DNA of 64,000 nucleotides, from NCBI GenBank assembly GCA_025603075.1, contig MU626295.1, forward strand, positions 75,875-139,874, written 5' to 3'. Shown in pieces: positions 53,700 through 64,000 of the stretch. The translations under genes were made by a program, and so were the position numbers. Position 1 is the first letter of the stretch; every line of letters begins with the position of its first letter. The notes beneath the pieces were generated by a model. The model made no database searches and had not been told where the DNA came from. It saw only the letters and a list, made by a program, of their open reading frames with translations. This DNA is from Neoconidiobolus thromboides FSU 785 (taxonomy: Eukaryota > Fungi > Entomophthoromycota).

Positions 53700-56020
53700 T
53701 TAGCCCCAAATAGAAGTGGCTGGGTCTTCTGGGGGCGAGAGTGGAACCACGTTTTCGTCCTCAGCCTGATATAATTTAGGAGGCGAGAGTGGATCTGGTG
53801 ATGTAGGGTTGCTAAAGTGAAGTCCTGAGGTATCTAAAACATTTTTTTTATTCATAGGAGATTCCATTTTGTTCATTAAAGGTTGATTTGAAACCATTGG
53901 ATTTTCATTAGTCTCCTCATTAGTCTCCTCATTGCTATTGTTTGATTTTGTTATCTCAGAAGTCTCATTCGTTTCATTTGCTTCATTTAAACTATTTATA
54001 AAATTTTCCCACAACTTAACTATCTCTCTTTGATTCACTATCATCTTTTCTAAAAACTCTTCTATCCCAACCTGAAAATCTTCAATCTTTTCTTTATCAA
54101 ATCGATCAAGTTCATCTTTGACCAATTTAGACATATCCTCAAACTCATTTTTGGCTGCAATCACTTTGCGCTCGAGCTATAAACATTGCTTAATAATCTT
54201 TGATTAAATAGTTAACAAATTTTATACCTGATTGACTTCTGTTTGAAGCTGAGAGCATTTATCTGGACGAGCTTTACTACCTTGTGCTTTAATTAAAGCA
54301 GTTTGCTTTTTCTCGTATTCTATTTCCAAAGTTTGCCAAGATGAATAAGATTTTGTACGAGAAGCAAAACAAGCTTTAACTGAAGCAATGGACCTTAGGT
54401 ATAGTTCAGCTGTAGCAGCTATTGTACTCGAATCTTGTTTCGATTGAAGTTCTTGAATGTCCTTTAATTTTTTTTGTAAGTTTCCAAGCTCTAGAAAATG
54501 CTTTGATAATCCTTTGTTTACTTCAGCGCTAGCAAGTGCTACCAACGCTTCCCCAAAATCAAGATGATCATCCCCAAGATCTATTTTATATTGCTATAAT
54601 AAATAAAACCTAAATAAAACCTAAATAAAACTTACGCTTCCTTTGCTTTGAAACAAGTTCTACTGATTTATATAATGCTTTTAATTGTACCTCAAGTTGA
54701 TCAACTTGATACTTTCTTGATTCAAACCACTTTAAAAGTTTAGGATTCATCTATTTATCATAACAAAACTAGAACTTACCTCATCAGGTTCAGAAAATTT
54801 AGTAAAAGAAGCTGTAGCATTAGAAACAGCATCACCAAAGATTTTAAACAAACCTTTTGAAGTTTCTTTTTTTCTTTGTACCACCTAATTTACAATTTTA
54901 ATAAGTTAGTTTGAAAATACGGCCTAACAGTAGTAACGCTACATTTTTAAACCATAGCTAACTTACTTCAATAGCAAAACTTTCAGACTCTAAAAAGAAT
55001 TTAATATCTGGATCTCCATAAAGTAAAGGATGAGCTGTAATCTTTTTAAGCATAATTTCCAAAGATCTTCTTCTACTTTCTACAAAATCATCTTGAAACC
55101 TTCCTATTTTAAAATGTTTAATTCAAATCTTATATGCATGGTTATCAATATTTCAACTAAGCAGTCAATTATTAAATTGTGATATTTACCTATAGCATTT
55201 TTTTCTGGAGGTGGTGGTACAATAATACCTTGGTTATTGGAACTCAACTGCTCATACAACCACAAAAAATCTCGGAACCTTCTTTCTACTGCAAACTCTT
55301 TCTTTTTATACGCTGTAGAATTAGTCTAAAATCGAATTAAAAAATGTCTTAATAATCTTATAAATTTTAATTACCCAAGTACTAATTCTATACATTGTAT
55401 ATGGATTGAGAGCGTCGTTAACTTTACGAGGGTTGGAGATAGAGATATTAAACACGGGTAGTATTCCCTTTGGTGGTATTTTAAACGTTTCCTCATTATT
55501 AGTTAAAGGTTGTAAAGGTGTTGTATAGCTTATGCTTTTTTTGATGCCGTTTATCAAAGGCAAATCATCTTCACTTACTATTTGTTAGGATAAAAATTTA
55601 AGCCTAGATTTTAAAAAAATTCAATTGTTTACCTTCTGGATTAGGGTTAGTCTCCTTCGCCAAGTTATCTTTTGGCTTATTCAGTACTTCGTTAGATTCT
55701 AATTTAACTTCATTAGTTGGAATAGTAGTAATGGAGCCTTTTTTTGAGATCGAAGGCGTTGACCTTGTTGCTCTTGAACTTGGTGGTAAAAGCGCAAATA
55801 AAGGATCTGGAGAAGATAAAGATACTGATTTTATCGTAATCCTACTACTTGATTTTAATGAGCTTTCACTTGGTGGCGATGATAGTATTTTTGGTTTCTC
55901 CGTATTGTTTTGTGTCCACTCTGTATCTAATTTTATTTGTGATAGTGAACTAGACATATCTTCAAAAGGGTTTATCCCCTCATTTAATGGACTCGAATTT
56001 TTATTATTTTCTTCAGACAT
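53700..56020 (-). CDS. VPS5: Sorting nexin Vps5/SNX1-2 (PX-BAR), multi-exon
   Basis: FNISISNPRKVNDALNPYTMY, ERRFRDFLWL, IVPPPPEK, GRFQDDFVESRR; BAR region ending ELDRFDKEKIEDF...WENF. Confidence 0.9.
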
Positions 56021-56238
56021 TTATTTTAAACAACTAAACAAAATAATTAAACTCGTAATAAACTAGTTCTTAGAGATTTAAAAAAGTGCTTAGTATATTA
56101 TTTTGATTAGTAGAATTAAATAGCTTGTGAATAAAAAAGAGTATAAAAATAGAATAATATTAATTTAAATAAATCATTTTTATTTATGTAGGTGATAGTC
56201 AAAATTTTTAAATAATTATGCTTAACCTTCTATAAGGA

Positions 56239-57202
56239 TTAAGGCTTTCTGAATTCAGTAAGTACAGGATAAATAGCTTCAAACGCTTGATAAATTTCAC
56301 TTCGTACCTAAAAACTGTTAGTATGTAATATAAACATTAGAATTTTTTTATACTTTTGCACCAGTAAGTACAATTTTGCCAGAGACAAAAATAAGAAGCA
56401 CAATCTTTGGTTTTACCATACGGTAAATTAAACCAGGGAAAAGTTCTGGTTCATACTATTAAATTATAATCAACTCTGTTAAAAGAGAAACTATGGCTAT
56501 TAATTACCGATGAGAAATGCCCATGGGAATAGGCAAGTCCTTCCAAACGAATAGGGAATTTAACATCGCATGAGCCGACAATATTTTGAATTTTAAAATC
56601 AGAAAATTTGGCTTGGAAGCCCAACTTCTGGACAATACGTGCATACTTACGTGATGCTAATCTGGAATCATTCTCAGATTTAGCACCAGTAACAACCATT
56701 TTGCCAGAACTGAAAATTAAAGCAGTAGTCTTTGGTTCACGGATTCTCATGATAACCGCAGCAAAACGCTAATTAATATTTTAAATGACTGACAATATAC
56801 ATTATCATCCAATTACCTTTGGATTATATTCTGCATTACGTGCATGTAATGCAATAGTTTTCAAATCAAGTCTACACTCCAAGTTAACTGTAGCCACGAT
56901 ATTTCTTAAATTGTTAATAAAAACAAAGTCAAATACCAAATAGCTTACTGTAAAGTAGGTACAATACCTACTGGGCCAGACTGCTCTTCATCAGCAGCTG
57001 GAGTTGCCTCAGCAATAGGTGCTGGGGTAGGGGGTTGTAAAGCAGGGGTGGCAAGGTTGGAGTATGGATTAGGAGTTGGGTTAGCGGAGTAAGGGTTAGG
57101 AGTGCCGACAGCAAATCCAGGGGTACCTACGGTATGTCCATTAGTGAATGGAGAAAAGTAAGGACCAGCTGGAGAAGGAGCACCGAAAGGAGATTGAGAC
57201 AT
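56239..57202 (-). CDS. SPT15: TATA-binding protein, multi-exon
   Basis: GIVPTLQ|[18 protein letters not shown]|[70 protein letters not shown]. Confidence 0.97.
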
Positions 57203-58776
57203 GATTTATTGAATTCTAAATTATGAGTAATCATCTTAATCTAAACAAAAAGTGTTTACATTTATTTTTTGAATTTAAAACAACCCCTGATTTTAAAAAT
57301 AAATCTTCGTTTTTGAAGCTTTTATACTTTTTCAAAAAATTTTGGGATTTCAATTTCATTTTCCTTTCCTTATATACTTTTTGACTCCTTAGATATTCCT
57401 TAGCCATTTCAATTAAATCATGAGCATTTGAAGATTAAATCAGCAAATCAGCGCATGCTACATTTAATTCCTTTCATTTGATTCGCTGATTATAAACGCA
57501 AGTTACTCAGCTGAAATGCTTTTCTTTTTATTATTGATTTGCTATATTCTCCCCAACGGTTAGTTGACATATGATTTGTCTAAATTTTTTAATTTTAACC
57601 AGTTTTTTTGGAATTATCCTCATTATTTAATTGAGGGTTGCTATTATTTATTACTTCTAAAGTTTTTTATGTAGCTTAATAAATAATAGCAATATATTTC
57701 AAAACAATATTTATGGAATGCAACTATTCTACTAACTGTATCGCTACTAAATCGCTAATCTCTAGTCTTTGTATCACAATAATCTTATTTTAAATCTATA
57801 TTATTAAACAAATACTCGGCAGCAGCCCTGGTTTGTTTTTCCTTAAACATACTCTTCATTAAGTTTGGCAGCTCGAAACTGTTACATTTATATTGATTGC
57901 GACTATACAAAATAAAATACTATTAGAAAGAGGTAATATGACGCGTGCCTTATTCTAGCAGGCTATTTAAATGAAATAAAACTATAATAGGTTTAATACT
58001 TCAAAAAACCCTTCAGCTATTAAATACTAAATTTGACACCATTGATGTTCATCAAGAAATCATCCATTTTAAATGAAAAAGTCAAGGTGCTAAACTAAAA
58101 GTTAGACTCCGCTAGTACCCATGTGGTTTAATTGTGTATCAACAAAAAATAATCATCCAAACTTCAAAGCTAAATTTATTGAACATCGTTTTATACCTGA
58201 AAGCGAGTAAGCTCATTGGCTAAATATTCACTAATAATATTACAGCACAAAATTTCAAGTGAAAGTTCAAAATATATAAAAACTGTACTTTAAAACTTGA
58301 AGTTTAACTGTGAATAATATGAGATAATTAAGTATAAATTTCACTAATTAAAATGCTCAATCCGCTTTAGATTTTAAATAGTATATATATACCCTTTATA
58401 TTAAAACCTTGATCTTGTTTTTATCATTATTTCAAGTAAATACTATTAAAAGTGGTAGAATTAATAATAGCTACATGAATTGTAGAAACTTTTTCGCTTT
58501 ATTTTCCTTAAAAAATTAGAAATGGATAATTAAGACTACTTGACTTTATGGGATCATTACACTTTAGCCAATCAATTTCAAAACCATACAAAAAAATCAT
58601 AATGTAATAATTTAATTTGATAAATTAATATCGAAAAAAAAATCGATTAAAGATAATCATCAAAAGCCATATTCTAATCTTAAATAAAATCTAAACATCA
58701 CTAAAAACATCATTTTAGTTAAGGTAAAAACATTACAATCAACTATCGAAATAAGCAATAACAAAATGTAATAGAT

Positions 58777-60316
58777 ATGATTCGTACAATAAACCCAATA
58801 AAATCATTAAGAGCTTGCCAACGTGCAACTTATGCTTCCACTTCTGCCATTGCACCAGAAGCTAAGATCACTTCCGGTGAGTTTGGAGTTAAACTTGTTT
58901 CTCAAGATTCTGGAGCCCCATTATCCACCCTTTCATTGTTTGTAAAAGCTGGTTCCCGTTATGAAACCAAATATGGAGTAGCTCACTATTTAAAGAACTT
59001 TGCTTATAAGGTAATTTTAAGCTAAATTACAATTTAAAAAATAGTGATTAAAATAATTTTTAATTTTAAAAGAACACTACTAAGCGTACTTCATTCCGTA
59101 TCACTCGTGAAGCTGAACTTCAAGGTGCTACTATTTCTGCTGCTTTATCCCGTGAAAATATAGTTTATACCGCTCAATTTTTCCGTGAGGATACGTAAGT
59201 TTCATGTTTTTATTACTATTTAAAGTGGTAACAGTAATTAAATTTTTAATTTTTTAGTCCTTATTTCATCGAATCCTTATCTGATGTTCTTCAACACACC
59301 AAATTTGCTGATTATGAATTACTCGACGTAGCCCCACAAGTAGCTTTTGAAACAGCTGCTTCTTCTTCAGAAGCTCAAGTAATTGATTCCATCCATAATG
59401 TAGCTTTCCGTCAAGGTTTAGGAAACTCTATCTTTGCTAAATCCAACAGTGGAGTTAACATTAACGATATCAAATCCTATGCTCAGCAAGCCCTTAACAC
59501 TAAAGATGTTGTTTTTGCTGGTATCAATATTGATCATGAAGTAGCTAGTCAACAACTTAATGAATTATTTTATGATACTACTGCAAGCTCAGGTTTATCC
59601 ACTCAAGCTTCTAAATATCACGGTGGTGAAGTTAGAGCAGAAGCCAGTGGTCCATATGGACACATCGCTTATGCTTTTGAAGGAGCTGCTTACGGCTCAG
59701 ATAAGGAAGCTACTTTATTAGTACTTAAACATTTATTAGGTGGACAGAATCAAGTCAAATGGGGAGAAGGTGTATCACCATTAGCTAAAGTAGCTAATAC
59801 TCATCAAGATGCTCAAATTTCCGCTTTTAACTTTAGCTATTCGGATGCTGGTTTATTTGGTATCTATGTCAAAGCTCCAACTAAACAAGTTGCTTCTGCT
59901 ACTGAAGCTGCTCTTGCTAAACTTAAGGAAGTTAGCAGTAAACTCTCTCAAGATGAACTCAAACGTGCTATCAATCAAGCTAAACTTGAAGTTCTTGTTT
60001 CTAGTGAAAGTCAAAGCTCCAATGTACACCATTTAGGAAGTCAAGTATATTTTTATAATTTTTTTTTATTTTGCAAGATATTTAATTTTTTTAGGTTTCC
60101 TTAATCGGTAAATCATTAAGCACTAGTGAACGTATTGCCCAAATTGAAAAAGTTAGTGAAAAAGAATTGAGTGAGGTGAAATTTATTTTTTTAAAGTATA
60201 TTTTAAGATTTATTAACTTTTTATAGAGCGTTAAACAGCTCATTGCTACCAAACCGTCAATCTCTATCCAAGGTTCTTTAAATTACCTACCTTACGCTGA
60301 TCAGCTTAAACTTTAA
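58777..60316 (+). CDS. QCR2: Cytochrome bc1 core protein 2 (M16-like), multi-exon
   Basis: VKAGSRYE...GVAHYLKNFAYK, FRITREAELQG, FRQGLGN, FSYSDAGLFG, C-terminal GSLNYLPYADQL. Confidence 0.92.
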
Positions 60317-60605
60317 ATTGAGTTGTTTACTTTAGATACTGATCAAATAAAATTATAATTGTTTAAAAATACTGTTAATCAAATTTGTTTTGTGTTTTAT
60401 GGATTGTTTATTTATTCATATTATGACCTAGAGTTTATTTCGTACTTTTAAAGAGTTTCTTTTACTATTGAAGTATTTCAAAGATTTGATAAAAGAGAAA
60501 ATTTCAAAATAAGCAATATAAATAACTTAAGTTTAATACTATAATGTTTGATATTTGTTTTTGGTATCATAAAATAAAGTCATCGACACTGAAACGACAG
60601 TATAT

Positions 60606-60697
60606 GGGAATGTATTTTTTTGTTCAAGAATTTTACTAACAAGCTTTCTGCTCAAATAGCGCTTAAAAAATGGAAAAAGTGAAGCCAAAATATTCCC
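60606..60697 (+). mobile_element. ~100-bp MITE
   Basis: ATAT|GGGAATG...TTCCC|ATAT. Confidence 0.8.
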
Positions 60698-61366
60698 ATA
60701 TGGCAAAATTAATTTCAAACTTTTAAAAGATTTATAGATAACATAAATGACAAGGTAGTGAAACATTTAATCTATTGGAACGCAAAAACAGACATATATT
60801 TATAGATAAAGATAAAAGTATAAAAAACTGTGAAAAATATATTATACTCGTTTGATATCTCTGCTCTTTAACTTTGTTTTATATTATCACGGTAATTTTT
60901 TTAAACATTAATCTTTTTATTTTTGTTTATACGTAAATACTTATTGAGTCCCAATGAATTAAATATTTCACTGGCTTGTATCAAACGTTGATTGATGCTA
61001 ACAGCTTTAATAGGAATGTCTTTTTTTTTGTACATTTTTACATAACAAAGAAGTTGAATAATTAGTAAATTTCTTTCAAACTATTTCTTAAATTAGCAAG
61101 GAAAAGTAAGGAATAAAACATTATACCTTAGCTAATACATTAAATGTATAGTAATTCTAAAGTTTAAATAATTATAAAAATGATCTTTCATTATACTCAA
61201 TAATTAGAAAAATTCAATTTTTGAATTTTTTAGTATGAAGTTTACTTAAAAAACGTTTTTTGCACTCCAACTTGTCTAAATGTTTTTACGAGTTATATTT
61301 GTATATACTTTAAATAATTATTGATATATTGGCAATATAACAAGATATCATAAAGCTTCAATATAT

Positions 61367-61872
61367 GTGGATGCCCAAATTGGTTTCATTTTTTATCTAA
61401 TTTTAAAATACTATATTTCAAAAACTTTGCTTAAGATTCTATAAAAATAAATCCTTTATTAAAAAGTAAAAGTACCTGACACAATTTTAAATTATTTTGA
61501 TATTATAGTTATATTATTAGTACATTAATAAGCCAATGAGTAGCTACATGAGAGGGAGTAATTAGCTTTAAAACTATAACTAACTATTTTTATATAATAT
61601 AAGCAACATAGTGATGCTTATTTATTTATTATAGCTACTTACTTTTTGACTATTTATTAACTTGACTATTAATAATCTAAATAATGTTGATATTTAATAG
61701 TTAATTCTATCATTCAAGAAGCTACTTGCTTGGAAAATATTGAGACTTTTAAAGTTTCTGTTACTTTTATAAAATGAGCTAGAGCTGACTTTTTATTTCT
61801 TTTATTTTTTATAAATTTTGTAGCTTTAATTGGAATCATCACTTTTTTCAATCTATCAGATACTGGATAATA
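61367..61872 (-). mobile_element. Sola-like transposon, copy C (3' end only)
   Basis: YYPVSDRLKKVMIPIK...SIFSKQVAS* aligns with B CYPVSD..KKSDIIPIR...SIFTKQVVC*; terminus ...ATGAAACCAATTTGGGCATCCAC|ATAT. Confidence 0.7.
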
Positions 61873-61876
61873 ATAT

Positions 61877-61973
61877 GGGGCTGTTTTTTTTAGTTTCATT
61901 ATTCTTCCATTTTTTAAGCGCTATTTGAGTGGAAAGATTATAGTAAAATTCTTAAACACAAAAATACATTCCT
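61877..61973 (-). mobile_element. MITE at the junction of Sola-like copies C and B
   Basis: ATAT|GGGGCTG...CATTCCT|ATAT. Confidence 0.8.
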
Positions 61974-61977
61974 ATAT

Positions 61978-63550
61978 ATATTAAATAAAAGTAGAAGAAT
62001 GATATATAGTAAATATTTTAATAATTTAAAAGATGAAGCGGTAGCTAGGTCAATATTTTTTAAATATATACCAAGTAATTTCAAAAATACAGGAAGAAAA
62101 ACGGATCTATGTAATATATGTGTCCAGCATACAGTTGGAAAAAAGTTATTTAAAAATAAAATAAATACAGAAATAAAAAACAAAGCAGAGATAGAAGAAA
62201 TTTTCAATGAAGAAGAAAAATTATACAAATTACATAAATTCTGTGTTGATACTCAAAAAAACACATTTAATGAAACATTAAAAAGCTATATAATAAAAGC
62301 TATATAATAATTTTAGACTTTAAACAAAATATTAGAGTAGGAACAAGGCCAGATTCAATAAATTTAGATCATTATAATAAACAAGCTATATCAGTATTAG
62401 GTTTTGGTGTTTTATATTTAAAAGATGATAAAACAATAGGCAAAGTTTACTTTGATTATTTATCTGAAATATTGAATCATGATCCAGCATATGCAGGAGA
62501 TTGTTTAATCAATTTGATCTCTACAGAGCTTCTGTTTAAAAAGTTTACAAAAATTAATATATGGGCAGATATAGGAAATCATTTTAGATCCCAAGAGTTT
62601 CTACACTATATGTTTAAAGAAATTCATAAAATAAATAGTAGTTTGAATGTTAATCTTAATTTTTTTGCTGAGCATCATGGAAAAAGTATAGTTGATGGAC
62701 ATTTTGGGAACCTTTCAAAATGGAAAAGTAGTTTTGAAGCGTTACGTAAAATAGAAGACATTAATCAATTAATTTCAAGATTTGAGACTTTTATTTGCGA
62801 GCATAATAAAATTAATAACTCGACTGTTAATAATGGGAAAACAGATATAATTTTTAAAAAGTATAAAAGAAACAAAAATACAAAAAGAATAATAGAGATG
62901 CAACGCATTAAAGAAGTATTTATATGTTATTAAACATAACAATAAACTACATTGTTATCCAGTATCTGATACATAAAAAAAAGCGATATAATTCCAATTA
63001 GAGTTATAGAGTCTATAGAAAATAGAAAAATTAAAAGATCAATCCCAGCTTACCTTACGAAAATAATAGAGAATTTAAATTTTTCGATATTTACTAAGCA
63101 AGTAGTTTGTTGAATGATAGAAATATATGATTAAATGTTGAGATTACTTAAGCTATTAATAGCTAAGTTAATAAATAGTCAAACAACAAGTAATTGTAGC
63201 AATATGCAGAAAATATTGTTACTTGTACTGTATAGGGATGGTTAGCTATAGTTTCGGGGCTAACCACTCCCCCCCATGCAGCTATTCATTAACTTGGCAA
63301 TATATTAATAATGTAATTATAGTATTAAAAATATTTATTTATTTGATAAAAAAATCTGCAATGTTGTTTATAAAGCAGTCGATAATAAATGTTTCTCAGT
63401 AAAGTTTTATAAGAACATGTATTTGAGATCTAGTAGAAATTCAGCTAACTTACAGTACAAACTATAATATAATAATTTAGAACTGTGTCCAGGCATTTTT
63501 GTTTTAATAAAAAATTTGGATAAAATAATGAAACTAATTTAGATAATCCC
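61978..63550 (+). mobile_element. Sola-like (Sola2-type?) DDD transposon, copy B; 5'-truncated, frameshifted
   Basis: RKTDLCNIC, ILDFKQNI, LNHD, IWADIGNHFRS, FFAEHHGKSIVDGHFG; 3' end ...AATGAAACTAATTTAGATAATCCC|ATAT. Superfamily assigned from remembered motifs. Confidence 0.65.
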
Positions 63551-63560
63551 ATATATCAGG

Positions 63561-64000
63561 TGCAGGATATTGCTTTATCAGCTCCATGATTGAGTATAGC
63601 ATAATAATTACTTAAGTTGATGTGCTCTCAAGTTCAGAGACAATTAATCTCATGGTCTTATTTTGATTTGCTGTGAGAGTTTCTGTCATATGATTCCGAA
63701 GGATATTATCTCTCCGTTTTGATATCCGTACTTGGTGAAGTATAAAAGAGATTCTAGAATATGGTAACTCAAGGCTTTTTAACTGAATTATTCCCTGATA
63801 TCTCGAAGACTTAATAAAGCCACTAAGTTACTTAATAGTATTTCACGTAAGTTTTACAGTAGTATTATCTATTCTGTTTGTCTTAAATGGTCCGTAGGCT
63901 ATTACGTGCTATTATTCATAACTTAAGTCTATCTTAGTCACATAAATCAAGACCTTTCGACTTACAGTATAGTCAACTAGGCAATAAGTGTTTTTGACTC
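63561..64000 (-). mobile_element. Solo-LTR family copy 3 (runs off the window edge)
   Basis: Reverse complement colinear with copy 1 (GTCGAAAGGTC, CGAGATATCAGGGAATAATTCAGTTAAAAAGCC). Confidence 0.75.

Noticed and set aside
54601-54631. AAATAAAACCT tandem repeat; also (TTATAG)n at ~30405-30424
   Set aside because: Short slippage repeats in intron or TE sequence, with no evident function.
51301-63550. Fanzor/TnpB nuclease associated with the Tc1 or Sola relics
   Set aside because: I found no RuvC-type motifs (DPG, E..TS..C..C, RD.NA) in any frame I read.

Overview
AT-rich eukaryotic DNA with short (~45-60 nt) GT-AG introns, from an early-diverging fungus (a Conidiobolus-like entomophthoralean is my inference; not provable here). 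About 17 protein-coding genes are present: a KIN1/MARK-type kinase, ATP sulfurylase, a GcnA-type GH20 hexosaminidase, PGS1, an orphan gene, two tandem secreted CAP proteins, PPCS/CAB2, glucosamine-6-P deaminase, PDH E2, EMC3, SERINC/TMS1, eIF3c, an RSL1D1/UTP30-like gene, Vps5/SNX1, TBP and QCR2. They are separated by gene-poor blocks of decayed repeats. The main unexplained structure is an apparent transposon system. About 21 copies of a ~100-bp MITE (termini GGGGATG...CATCCCC, variable 4-bp target-site duplications) occur alongside three decayed copies of a Sola-like DDD transposon whose 3' termini resemble the MITE ends. The window also holds a 465-bp solo-LTR family (3 copies), an IS630/Tc1-type transposase relic preceded by ~4.5 tandem HTH repeats, and three pseudogenes of an LRR-like family. 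No rRNA, tRNA or CRISPR array was found. All alignments were done by eye; exon boundaries and family names need computational confirmation.
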